A model generated the notes under the pieces. The model worked only from the letters and a program-made list of their open reading frames with translations, was not told where the DNA came from and did no database searches. 64,000 nucleotides of DNA from Eledone cirrhosa (lineage: Eukaryota): assembly GCA_964016885.1 (NCBI GenBank), contig OZ024741.1, positions 133,548,001 through 133,612,000 of the forward strand. The letters run 5' to 3'. This document shows, one piece after another, positions 1 to 12,645 of the stretch; position 1 is the stretch's first letter, and every line of letters begins with the position of its first letter. Made by a program: the position numbers and the translations under genes.

Positions 1-752
1 ATGAAAGGCAGACTGTATGATGCGTGTATCCGAACAGCGATGTTGCATGGTAGTGAGACCTGGGCGCTGAAGGTGGAAGACTTACGTAGATTAGAGAGAA
101 ACGAAGCCTGCATGCTCCGATGGATGTGTAACAGTAATATACGTGAACGACAAAGCATAAATGAATTGAGAGAGAGACTGAGCATAAGAGGAATCAAATG
201 CTGCGTGCAGGAGAGGCGGTTACGCTGGTATGGACATGTGATGCGTATGAAGGATGACAGCTGCATAAAAAGGTGCAGAGCACTAGAAGTTGATGGAAAC
301 CGCGGAGTGGGGAGACCCAAGATGACTTGGGATGAGGTGATAAAAGCCGACCTTACCCAACTACACCTCTCAAAGTCAATGACACACGACCGTGACTTCT
401 GGCGTCACGCAGTAATACAGGGTACCCGACCTCCCATGGGTACATGCTGAAGCATATAAACAATATGCCCCCCCCCCCCACCGCAAGGTGGTCGTGGAGG
501 TGCCACGGCAAAAAAGCACCCAGCCCACACTGTAAAGTGGACGTGTAGGCGCCACGAAAAAGCACCCAGCACTCACTGTAAATGAGGTTGGTGTTAGGAA
601 GGGCATCCAGCTGTAGAAATCAAGCCAGATCAGTTCCTGTATGAGCAAGGCATGGTCAGCCGACCAGACACTGCCCACAACAGGACAACCCGTCTAACCC
701 ATGCTAGCGTGGAAGAACGGACGTAAAACGGTGATGATGATGATGATGATGA
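1..752 (+). mobile_element. RTE-clade LINE, 3' end (C-terminal ORF, repetitive 3'UTR, (GAT)n tail)
   Basis: ORF 1-450 has RTE C-terminal motifs (MLHGSETW, RRLRWYGHVMRM, GRPKMTW); 3'UTR with ~44-bp CACTGTAAAGTGG repeats; (GAT)n tail at ~732-752; homologous to 7750-8570. Confidence 0.92.
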
Positions 753-759
753 TATATCA

Positions 760-2100
760 AGTATTATGCCAAAAACAAGGTAGTTAAAATTAAACCAGTA
801 TTTGCACCTTGTTGATACTTCAAATGCCCCGGTAGAAATGAATCGAATTATGACCCTCTATATAAAGTTCGACCATTAATTAAAATGCTATCTGAAAAAT
901 TTAAAACTGTATATATACCTGGAAAAAAATCTTAGTTTTGATGAAGCTAGGTTTGGGTATAAGGGTAGGGTACATTTCAGACAATATATGCCAGCTAAAC
1001 CCACCAAATGGGGCATCAAGGTGTGGGAACTCTGTGAATGTTGATGTTTACACAGGAAAGAAACACAACACAGAAAGAAAAAATGGATTGGGATATGATG
1101 TTGTGTGGTCTCTGACTGAACCCTTTCACTCTCAACACAGACACATATATTTTGACCGTTTTTTTGTCTTCAGCGCAGAGCATCTTGCCCACGTAAATAA
1201 GTACACCTGCAGTACAATAATGGGGAATCGCAAAGGGCTATCCCAAGAAATAAAAGTCACAAAATTTAAAAAGAGAGGGGGCATTCTCCAAGTGCAAAAA
1301 GGGAACATGTTAGCCACATTGTACAAAGACAAATGGCAAATTTTGTTACTATCTTCTAACCAACAACCAGGTGTTGGGGATGAAGGTAAACCTTTAGTCA
1401 ACCTCTCCTATAATAAATATATGGGCGGGGTTAACAAATCCGACCAATATTGTGCGTATTACCCATTTGGTCGCCCTGGAAAGAAATGGTGGAGATATCT
1501 TGTGGTTTTTATTGAATTTAACCATTGTCAATTCTTTTATTGTATTTACTAAGAACCACAAGGATCCGCCACCACCAAAGGACTACTGCCACATGAAATT
1601 TTGTGTGGACGTTGCCTCTCAGCTACGTGGAGGATATTCTTCTTGCAAACACAGAGCTGGGAGAAAGTCAAAATTATCTGAAGTGAACAAAGAAAATATT
1701 GATTTTCACAAAGTGGAGAAAATTAATGGGAGGAAGAAGGTTTGCCGAATGTGCGCTTTGCAAAAGAGAAAAACTGCTAAAGGTTATGGAACTGAAACCT
1801 CGTTTGTGTTCCTTTTGTAAAGTGCCATTATGTAAAGGCTATTTTGGCCAATTTCACGATAGAAATATTGTCTAACAATATTGAAAAATATATTTTAAAA
1901 ATATATTGACACCTGCATCACACCTGTTAATGAACTTATATATTGGGCACATTTTGTTATATAAATCTACTCAGTACATTGTGTAAGAGTATATTGCCAA
2001 TATTATTTTGATTGGTGAAAGGGTTTTATACATTTTTTTCAATGAAAATATTTGCATGGAATGTAGAGAAAGATTAAAACCTTGTACTGATTATACCTGC
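760..2100 (+). mobile_element. Degenerate piggyBac-superfamily (PGBD4-like) transposase relic
   Basis: Frameshifted pieces: KPTKWGIKVWELC, HIYFDRFF, YNKYMGGVNKSDQ, KKWWRYL, and a C-terminal Cys-rich domain (CRMC...CKVPLC...FH); termini not located. Confidence 0.85.
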
Positions 2101-2249
2101 ATTTTAAATTAATTCACCTGTGCGGAAAAGTGCTAAAATTATTGGAAGTCAATATCTAGGTAATTGTTGGATACTTTTTGTAACAAACCTAACAATTAAG
2201 GCAGATAAAGTTTTAATTTTTGTGTTTATTCATAAAGTCATTACTTTTA

Positions 2250-2605
2250 CACAAGAGACCATACAGCTTCGTATCCCAATCCATTTTTTCTCTCTTTGTT
2301 ATGTTTTTTCCCTGTGTAAACATCAAAGTTTGCACAGTAACCTGTGCCTGATTCACAGAGTTCCCACACTTTGATGCCCCATTTGGTGGGTTTAGTTGGC
2401 ATATACTCTCTGAAATGTACCCTACCCTTATACCCAATCTTATACCCAAACCTTCACTAACACTGATTTTTTCCAGTTATATATACAGTTTAGAATATTT
2501 CAGATACTACATTAATGGTTGAACTTTATAGAGACGATCGTAATTCGGGGGGCATTTGAAGTATTGACCAGGTGATTTAATTTGAAATACCTTATTTTCG
2601 GCAGA
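2250..2605 (-). mobile_element. Second piggyBac transposase fragment, inverted relative to 760-1110
   Basis: Reverse complement aligns to 760-1110 (GGGTATAAGGGTAGGGTACATTTCAGA...AAACCCACCAAATGGGGCATCAA); diverged, not identical. Confidence 0.85.
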
Positions 2606-2606
2606 A

Positions 2607-3390
2607 TCTCTATATATAAAACTGAGGATGTCTGTGTGTGTGTGTGTGTGTGTGAGTTTGAATTCCTAAAACTCGAGAAGCACCCAACCGACTGTTTTCA
2701 AACTTTACACATGTAATACTTATGTTTCAGGAAGTGTTTTGAGCAAAAAAAGTTTCAAATTTTCAATGCCCTAGGGACCGCATTAGCCGATTTAGCGATC
2801 TCACTCTATAATTCTTAGTCTTTCTCTTTTTAGATAGATACATACATATAACGTCACACCCTTATAATATCTGTCTGTATGTCTGACAGTCTGCATTACG
2901 TCACTTCCCAGAAGATGTCTATCTGTGTGTGTGTGTGTCTGTCTGTCTGTCTGAGTTTGAATCCCTACAACTCGAGAAGTACCCAACCCACTTTTTTCAA
3001 ACTTTACATGTGTATTACTTATGTTTCAGGGAGTATTATGCACATAAAATTCAACTTTTTGATCCCCTAGGGCCCGCATTTGGTGAAAAACTGCGTTTTT
3101 TCAGGTTTTTAGGGGTTTTTTGAGGCGTTATGTCTAGCTGATTTTCTCGAAATTTCAAAGCATATTATGCACATAAAAAAAATTCATTTTGTTGATCCCC
3201 TAGGCATTAGGTGAAAACCTGCATTGTTCCTGCTTCATCGAGGAAAATCTTAAAGGTTATCCAGCCATCAGAGTATTCGGTTTATTTTCTTTACATATTG
3301 TCCAGGCATGCAGTTTTCCCACAATTAGGTCTGTTGGCGGCTTGCTTTCCAAAATACCTTATACTGTGCAACGCTGGGTACCACTGCTAG
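2607..3390 (+). mobile_element. Non-autonomous Helitron (family A)
   Basis: A^TC 5' end followed by TATATATAAAAC and (GT)n; 3' GCAACGCTGGGTAC motif and CTAG^T at 3387-3391; no TSD; homologous to 61997-62690. Confidence 0.75.
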
Positions 3391-3479
3391 TACTTTATAT
3401 ATAAGGGTCACTAAACCATATATCAGTGCTCCAGTTATTCTATAGTCTTGAAAATTACTTTATATCAAACATTATGTAG

Positions 3480-4030
3480 TAGATGTTCAGGGAAAATTAA
3501 TAGAAGTGTCAGTGATAGGCACATTTTTCAAACGCAGGCAGGATCTATAGAGGTGGTTGATAGTTTCCTATATCTAGGTGATCAGATTAGCAAAGGGGAG
3601 GATGCTCCGAGGCCATAGTATCTAGAATAAGGACAGGATGGAAAAAGTTTAGGGAACTGCTTCCTCTGTTGACAATGAAGAGTTTCTCTCTACGAATGAA
3701 AGGTCAGTCGTAAGATGCCTGTGTGCGTTGCGCGATGCTTGCATGGTAGTGGGATATGCGAAGGCTGGAGAGAAATGAAGTAAGCATGCTCCGATGGATG
3801 TACAATGTCAATGTGCGTGAACGACCAAGCATGGACGAGTTGAGAGTGAAACTGTATAAGAGGAACAAACTGTAGTGTGCAGGAGAGAAGACTGCATTGG
3901 TATGGCCATGTGATGCGCATGGAAGATGACCGCTGGGGGAAGAAGTGCTAAGAAATCCCGTTGGAAGGAAGATGCAGTAGAGGAAGACCACGAAAAACAT
4001 GGGCAGAGGTAGTAAAAGCTGACGTCAGGT
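3480..4030 (+). mobile_element. Degenerate RTE LINE fragment
   Basis: Nucleotide similarity to 7600-8110 (TTCCTATATCTAGGTGA, GGATGGAAAAAGTT, TGGTATGGCCATGTGATGCG). Confidence 0.8.
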
Positions 4031-4159
4031 GTCATGATTTTAAAATATCTTTTTTATTGGAACTCACTTGTCACAAGTCAACATGTAGCCAGAGATACAG
4101 CAGAACTGTATTGTCACATTCTGAGGCCAGATGAGTAAGGCTATCACATCCTGTCCATA

Positions 4160-4510
4160 CATATCTGTTTTGGGTTTGGTTTCTATGACTGGGTACTCAT
4201 CCTAATGCCAATCACTATACAGCATGGACTGGGATCATTTTTCAGGGTGGACCTGGTGCTTTTTGTTGTGGCACCAACACTTCCACTTTACAGGGTGAAC
4301 TGGATGTATTTTATAGTGGCACCAACACTACCACTTTACAGAGTGAACTGGATATATTTTATAGCGGCACCAACACTACCACCTTACATGGTGGGCTGGG
4401 TGATTTGGCTATGGCACCAATACTACCACCTTAAAGGGTGGACTGGGTGCTAGTATCATGGCACCAGCACAACCACCTTACAGGGTGGGCTGGGTGCTTT
4501 TTTTTCGTGC
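4160..4510 (-). mobile_element. RTE 3'UTR fragment with ~42-bp tandem subrepeats
   Basis: About 6 copies of GGCACCAACACTACCACTTTACAGGGTG, the reverse complement of the RTE 3'UTR repeat. Confidence 0.7.
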
Positions 4511-4999
4511 CTAGAACATTAATAAAACGATTTCTAAAATATAATTACGAGGAAAAGATTTAATATAAATTGAGAAATGTAATGTACTTTCCGTTCATTT
4601 TCTTGTCTCTCCAACTTTCTTGGTCCATTTACCTATCAGTATTTATATCGGGGTCGATAAAATAAAGTACCAGTAATGCACTGGGTAATTGCTGGCCTTG
4701 TGCCTAAAGTAGAAACAAGTATTTATATTAAACTTCTCATTTAACTTCTCATAATTATGGTTGAATCTGTAGGACCTTAAATAATCTTCTCGTTAACTTT
4801 CCCCATTTCCCTCCCCCCGCCCCCACACGCCACCATTACTATTTGGTCCAATCATAATTCAGCGGCTTATAATGTTTCTCTTACCAATCTCTTTTACAAA
4901 ACCACCGCCTCGGCCGTTACTCCTTAAGTTTAGACCTGGTTGCTTTTCGATATGCTAAATGAACTACAGAATTTGGAGAGTCTGAAGAATCTGAACACT

Positions 5000-7900
5000 C
5001 AATGACAATGTCAAAGATAAAGATAAATTCATCTCCTGTTGCCGGACGAGAATGCAAGGACTCCTCTTTATTTCAGACACGGATGGCTAACATAACCCCA
5101 TCTCCCTCACCCCTACCTGCGCCTCCAACCCAACCCATCCCTTCCACCCACCCAACGAAATCCCAAACTTCAGAGTTGGAACCATGAATGTAGGCACCTT
5201 AAAAGGTTGCTCAAATGAGGTTGTAGAGATGCTTGAACGTAAGGAAGTTGATGTTTGTTGTGTTCAAGAGTCTAGATGGAGGGGTGGGTCTACTAGATTC
5301 ATTGTGGGTAAAAAAGGATGCTATAAATTTTTCTGGGTGGGAAATGACAATGGGCTGGGTGGAGTAGGAATCATGTTAGCAGAAAAATGGGTAGATAAGG
5401 TAATTGCCGTAAATAGAGTGAACGACAGAATAATTAAAATAAGACTAGTCCTAAACAGAACTACTGTGGCAATAATATCCGATTATGCTCCCCAATCTGG
5501 ACTACCTTGCGTTATAAAAGACAGATTCTGAGTCGCTAATGCTCACTACCTCCCAAATAACCGACAGTGACTACATAATTATTGCTGGCGACCTAAATGG
5601 TCATGTTGGACAACATTGTGACGGCTATGACGGAATACATGGAGGCTATGGGTTTGGTACTAGAAATGAGGAAGGCTTCAGAATCCTGGAATTCTGTGAC
5701 GCTAATAAGCTAACTATCTGTAACACAAACATCAAAAAACGTGACAAACACTTGATCACCTATAGATCAGGGGAACACGCCAGTCAGATAGATTATATCC
5801 TTACCAGAAGACATGATAGAGTGTCTGTCGTAAACACTAAAGCCCTCCCGCGTGAAGAATGCACCTCCCAACATAGCCTCATAGTTAGTGACCTCATAGT
5901 CAGGACAAGACGTACTCGCCAACAGAGGAGGACTACCCTGAGGAGAAGAATATGGATGTTAAAGGACCCCACAGCCAGTAACAAATTTAAAAGCATATTA
6001 CTTGATGCTTTTGACAGTAAGGAAGAGCAATTAGAGACGTACAGTATAGAGGAACAGTGGGAATTCCTGAAAGTTAACCTGCTGAAGGCAATTGATGAAA
6101 TCTGTGGCTGGAGCAGACCTATAGGCAGGAGGAGAGTAACTTTGTGGTGAAACAGTAAGGTGGAGGAGTCAATCAAGGCGAAAAAGCAAGCTTGGAAAGT
6201 ATGGCGGGATGGGGGAAGTAGAGAACAATATCAAGTGGCCAGGAGGGAAGCTAGGAGACAAGTGTACTTTGCAAGAAGGGAAGCAGAAAAAAGAAAGTTC
6301 AAGCATGTTCTACAACGCAAGGACCAAAAACGTGAGGTGTTGAAGATTGCAAGACAATGTGTCAAGGAAAACCGTGATATTGTTGGGGAGAAGTGTGTCC
6401 GTAATGATGATGGTGTACTTGCCATCACTGATGTTAAGAAGGTAGCTTGGAAGTGTCACTACAAGAGACTACTAAATGAGGAAAATATATGAGAAAAAGA
6501 TAGTCTGCCCCAAATCGATCCAATAGAGGGACCAGCAATGCAAGTTAAAGGTAGTATAATAAGTAAGGCAATCAAAGATATGAAGACAGGCAAGGCAGCT
6601 GGGCCTTCGGAGTTGCTAAAATGCTGAAAGCATCTGGAATGGTGGGACACACTATGGTCACCCGGATAGTAAACCAAGTCATACAGAATGGGGTCGTTCC
6701 GAAGGACTGGCGCAGCAGCATCATCATTAACTGTTACAAGGGTAAAGGTGATGCCCTAGATAGGGGAAACTATAGAGGCATTAAATTAATTGACCAGGTC
6801 ATGAAGGTCACAGAAAAAGTAATAGCGCAACTAATCAGAGAGTGAATTGATCTAGACAAAATGCAGTTAGGGTTTGTGTCAAGTAAAGGTACCACAGACG
6901 TTCTTTTCCTTGTACGTCAACTACAGAAGAAGTACCTAGCTAAAAGTAAACCCCTATACTTAGCTTTTGTTGACTTGGAGAAAGCCTTTGACAGATTCTC
7001 CCGCTCCATTATCTGGTGGGCTCTTAGAAAACTAGGTGTTGATGAATGGCTTGTGAGAGCTATACAAGCCATGTATAAAGAAACAGTCAACAAGGTTAAA
7101 ATTAACAATGAATATAGTGAAGAATTTAGCGTAAAAGTTGGTGTTCATCAACACTCTGTCCTTAGCTCCCTCCTATTTATTATTGCCCTTCAGGCTATAA
7201 CAGAAGAGTTCAAGACCGGCTGCCCATGGGAACTTCTATACGCAGATGATCTAACGCTCATAGCTGAATCAATGGCTGAACTAGAGAAGAAATTCCAAAC
7301 ATGGAAGCATGGCCTAGAATCAAAAGGCCTTAGAGTTAACTTATCTAAGACTAAAGATCTAGTATGTAGAAAGGAAAATAGGGCACAGGTACCCTCTGGG
7401 AAATGGCCATGCTCAGTGTGTAGGAAAGGAGTAGGCAGAAATTCCATTTTATGTCCCAAATGCAAACTGGGTACATAAAAGATGTAGTGGGATCACTGGT
7501 AAGCTATCTAAGAACGTAGATTTTATATGTGGCCGATTCTCAGGTGCAATAAGTAGTAAGTGCCCACAGGTTACTAGCTCCTTCTATTGCCCAGATGGTT
7601 CTATAGAAATAGTGGACACCTTCCGTTACTTGGGTGACAAAATCAGCAGTGGAGGAGGGTGCTTTGAAAGTACAGTAGCCAGAGTCAGAATGGGATGGAA
7701 AAAGTTCACAGAGCTTATACCACTATTGGCCACTAATGGTTTGTCTCTAAAAATGACAGGCAGATTGTATGATGCCTGTATACGAACAGCAATGTTACAT
7801 GGTAGTGAGACATGGGCATTGTGTGCAGAGAATCTGCACAGACTGGAGAGGAACGAAGCATCCATGCTCCGTTGGATGCATATTAGTAATATACGCGAAC

Positions 7901-8571
7901 GGCAAAGCATAAATGAACTAAGTGAGAATTTAGGAATAAGAGGGATCAGATGCTGTTTACTCAAGAGAAGACTACGTTGGTATGGTCACGTGATGTGCAT
8001 GAAAGACGACAGCTGTATAAAAAAGTCCAGGGCGATCAAAATTGATGGAAGTTACAGAGTAGAAAAACCAGCCAGAAAAATCTGGGACGATTTGATAAAT
8101 TCCGACCTTCACACTTACACCTCTCTAAGACAATGTCACTGGACCGAGATCTTTGGCGCTACGCAGTAATACAGAATACTCGCCTTGCCTATGTACAAAG
8201 CGAAACCTACAGTCAGTAGGCACCTCTTAACCAAATATACACCCCACCCCCACTCCCATTAACACCACCCTTTCTCTGTAAAGTTATGTTGGTATCACAG
8301 CATCCAATCCAAAATAAATGAGGTCATGTAGGTCTCACGACAAAAAAAACACAGTCCACACTGTAATGTGGTCGTATAGGTAACACGGTCAAAAGCTCCC
8401 AGTCCACACTAAACGTGGTTGGTATTAGGAAGGGCATCCAGCCTTAGAAAACCTGCCAGACAGTCCTATATAAGCGAGACATGGTTACCCGACCAATCTT
8501 GCTTCAAGTAGAACAATTCCCTTCTACACCCATGCTAGCGTGGAAGATAGATGTTAAACGATGATGATGAT
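5000..8571 (+). mobile_element. Near full-length RTE LINE (APE endonuclease, RT, PHD-like finger), inactivated
   Basis: APE motifs NVGTL, VQESRW, GDLNGHVG, QIDYIL; RT motifs NYRGIKL, FVDLEKAFD, LLYADD; several stops and frameshifts; 3'UTR and (GAT)n tail at 8560-8571. Confidence 0.95.
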
Positions 8572-9093
8572 AAACATTTAAAAATGAGCCGTTTTGTATC
8601 ATAATCTAGGACAGTTTCACTTGGGTTGGTATCAAAAGGATTAAAGCAATGCAAATTGGACTAAAGCATTGGCCAGGCTGGTCTAATATGTCCTTGTGAT
8701 TTGTGAAATTTGTGACAATAAATTGAATGTCTAACATATATATATATTTTTTTCTCTAATCTGTGGGTGTTCACCTGTTCAGCAATTGTAGGTTTTTTTT
8801 TTTCTTTCTATTTTTAACAGGAAAAGAAAAGAAAACGAGCGGAACGATTTGGACTGTTGTGATGTTTTTATCTCCATAGAGACCAATGTTAGTTTCAGTG
8901 GATCTGCTCTCATCACTTCCAACTCACATATCTTCATATATATATATAGAGAGAGATAATACATGCACACATATATATACACATACACACACATACATAT
9001 ACACACATATGATATGTCTGTATATATATATATATATTATATATATATATATATGCCTATATATATATATATTTTTTTTATTTATATGTAATA

Positions 9094-10253
9094 CATAGTG
9101 TTCCCAATAAGTTCTTACACTCGACCATAACACAAGAGAATTTGATAAATTATATTTTACAAACCCACAAAACAACATAGGTTTATTGTTCAATGTATCC
9201 ACCATCGCACTCCACATACTTCCTCCATTGTTTCACCAATTTGGAGAATCCCTCTTTGGAATTAAACTGGCAGCCACGTAAATCTTACTTTAGAAAAGAT
9301 GAAAATCGGATGGCACCAGTTTTAGGCTGTATGGCGGATGTGGCAACAATGGAAACCCTGACTCACGAGTCGCTTCCCATCATTTGGTGTCACACTGTGG
9401 ATGGCAGCATTGTCACGAAGGAAGTGCAAATCTCTGTTGTTCCGGTTATGTTTTAATTTCCTCACCTTTCTCAGTATGTTGCAGTAATACTTCATTTATT
9501 TTTTCGTCAGTGAAATCAGTATGAATGACACCACTTCATTAAAAAACTGTCATCATCAACTGCTTATGATGAGAAGTGCCTGAACATAACTTTTTTGAGG
9601 ACGACTCTCTTGGTAATGTCAAGTCTACTGGATGATTTCATCCAAATATTTTTGCCCCAAGATGCTCCAGTCGTTCCAAATTCGACTGTATTGAAGATGC
9701 ATTATATAATTTCTGTGGTAAGGCAACTGGGAACGAAGCAAGAGCAGAATTTGCATACACCCAGTTCTTTTGTCATATAATAAAAATAACCATTTGACAC
9801 ATTCAACTCCTGCACTAACCTTCCTGTTGTAATTCTGCAATCATCTTTGCAAATTTTCACAAGCATTCGTCGTTTTCCATCCGAAATTTCAGTTGGTCGC
9901 CCACTTTGTTCATCGTCCAAAATGTTTGTCCTTTCAGATTTGAATTCGCGAATCCAGTTATAAATAGTCTTCTTCAAAGGGCATTGCTGCTGGTAAACTG
10001 CCTGCAATTCCTCAATGATGTCCTGATTTTGACTTCCTTTCATAACGAAAAACTTAATAACACTTCTATACTACACGCTCTCAATCATTGTTTAAGTAGA
10101 ATTTAAATAAGTGCCATTTCTAGAATATACAAACGTGATAAATATAAACAAATAGTACTTTTATTACCCATATTTGTTTATCTTTGTTGCCTACAAAAAA
10201 TTATTAATATATATATTTTTGTGTTAGTGTAAGGACTTATTGGGCACACCACA
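9094..10253 (-). mobile_element. Mariner (Tc1/mariner) relic with terminal inverted repeats
   Basis: TIRs 9094-9121 (GTGTTCCCAATAAGTTCTTACACT) and 10226-10253; TA on the left; minus ORF 9702-10043 has a mariner HTH (TIYNWIREFKS...DDEQSGRP); HPPY-like motif near 9330. Confidence 0.88.
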
Positions 10254-10269
10254 TCTGTGTGTGTATGTA

Positions 10270-10600
10270 TATGTATATATATATTAAACAATATAGATAT
10301 TGTTTAGATATATCTATATAATCTGTATATGTATATATATATTAAACAATATAGATATTGTTTAGATATATCTATATAATCTGTATGTATATATATATAT
10401 TAAACAATATAGATATTGTTTAGATATATATATATATATATTAAACAATATAGATATTGTTTAGATATATCTATATAATCTGTATATATATATATATTAA
10501 ACAATATAGATATTGTTTAGATATATCTATATAATCTGTATATATATATATATTAAACAATATAGATATTGTTTAGATATATCTATATATATATATACAC
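10270..10600. repeat. AT-rich minisatellite, ~55-60 bp unit, 6 copies
   Basis: Repeated TTAAACAATATAGATATTGTTTAGATATATCTATATAATCTG separated by variable (TA)n. Confidence 0.9.
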
Positions 10601-11129
10601 GTTACATATCTATTTCTATATAATGTATTACATATATATTACACACATGTTACATATCTATTTCTATATAATGTATTACATATATATTACACACACATAC
10701 GCGTGTGTGTGTATTTATATATATGTGTATTAATATATATGTATGCACAGATATATATATATTTGTATATATGAATATGTATGTACATATATATTTGTGT
10801 GTGTGTGTGTATATATATGTATATTCACACATGGTCATATGAGCACACATGGAGAAAAAGCAGATTTCATAATATCAACATACCACACACCACTTCTTTG
10901 GATGGATGGAAAACCTGGTTGGTTGTATTTGTTTTCATGTGTGTAGTTGTATGTATGTGTGTATGAGTGTGTGTGTGTTTGTGCATGTACTAAGAAATGA
11001 TGGTAATAATAATTATATAAAATCTACGGAAATATCTAGAACTACATTCTGTATTAATTTTATATAAATACAATGTTTTAGTCATACATTCTGCTTTTTT
11101 GTTTTGTTTCTGAACTACTCTGCTGTTTA

Positions 11130-11320
11130 ACCACAGCACAGCAACCTTTCTAGTACACCTATAATGAGGAAAATACTTCAGTCACAGAACAACCTTTCTA
11201 GTACACCCAGAACAGAAAATACTTCAGTGATAACAATCTTTCTAGTACAGTTATAACAGAAAATACATCAGTCACAGCACAACTTTTCTAGTACAGCTAT
11301 AATAGGGTAAATACATCTAG
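11130..11320. repeat. Degenerate ~45-50 bp tandem repeat, about 4 copies
   Basis: Repeated ACAACCTTTCTAGTACA...AAAATACTTCAGT. Confidence 0.7.
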
Positions 11321-12588
11321 CCAGAGAAATTGTCAAAAAGCATTGAGTGAACCTTTCAGGCGCAATGACAACCTCTCTAGCACCAGTGCCATGATAAACT
11401 CTCTAGCACTGGTGTCATGACAACCTCCCTAGCACTGGTGTCATGAAAGATGCACCCTGCATGGAAAAGTGGGACATAAAAATGTTAATAGACATAGGTA
11501 TCTCGGCAACAGTACTAAGAAGTCTCACACCAAGTTTGAAGGGGGAGGAGGAGGGAAATAAACGAGATTTTCATACCTTTCCTGAAGGGAATTACTGTTG
11601 TGTAAGTAAAATTGACATCAGCTGGGAAACAAAAGTGAGAGTTCTGAAAATATCATTCTTCATATTGCTTATCACTAAAGCTTTGATTCAATGTTTAATT
11701 TGAACGAAGGGTCGTAAATATATATTTTTTTTATTGTGGGAAGAACTATAATTACAATTACAAGTATGTGACTGAAATGGAATTCCAACAAAGGGTCTTT
11801 GGAGTAATGTTTCTTGATAGGGTGTGTAATTTGGAGATCAGGGAGTTGTTACTTCTCTGCATTGAGAAATCACAGCTCCAATACTACTGACAGAAGCCCC
11901 AGAGCAAGATGGTTGGATAACATCCATAAGTTCAGTTGGTCTTGCTTTGAGATAGATGCTTCTGGAAAGTATGTTTGTGAAATCAGCTACTCTTCTGAGG
12001 AATAAGTGGGCAAAGAAGAGTATTTGACTACGTAGTTGATCAAATCAATCCCATTATTTGATTGGTACTTATTTTACTGACCACCTGAAAGGACGAAGAA
12101 GCAAAGATGACTTTGGTGTGATTTGAACTCATAACAGAGACATTGGTGCAGCTTCTATTATCAGCCCAGTTATAATAAGCAACATGGAACAAGAGGTAAC
12201 AACACAGATATGAGGTTTAACTCAAGTTAAATCCATTCTTAGCTTTTCAGCTCCTTATCAAATGTAGGCTCATTAACATGCTTTCTAAACTTTCCTGTTC
12301 TTTGCAATCATTTCAACAGCTTCCACTTCGTTCCATTCTTGTACTTTTCTACCCCATATTAATATCTTTTGGAAGTGCCTTGATCTTACAACAATTCTAT
12401 TCCTCTTTTCCAACAAAATACAACCTTTGAAAATTAACATTTTAAAACTAACATCTCTAGCAAATTGAAATAAATGAAGAAAGCAAGTTAAGTGAATTAA
12501 GTATTTTTAACATTTTATTTTATAAATCACAATTTAAATAATTAATTTTGTCTTCTATAAATAGACTGATCCAAGTAGCTTAATAACG

Positions 12589-12645
12589 TTAAATATCTGG
12601 AATAATCACACCACAGTCTTCATCAGTTTCAACACCAATTTCTTC
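12589..12645 (-). CDS. PSMC3IP: HOP2 exon 9 (terminal coding exon)
   Basis: EEIGVETDEDCGVIIPDI-stop; TTTTTTCAG acceptor; candidate AATAAA (minus) at 12514-12519. Confidence 0.96.
   Translation of the reverse strand, partial: EEIGVETDEDCGVIIPDI

Noticed and set aside
938-1820. Domesticated PGBD host gene
   Set aside because: Multiple frameshifts, a D-to-N change in the GGVD motif and a second degraded copy nearby indicate a relic.
8779-9217. ORFs rich in Y/I/C/V/H/T (also near 10650, 50527, 53568, 58988, 60124)
   Set aside because: Dinucleotide microsatellite translations.
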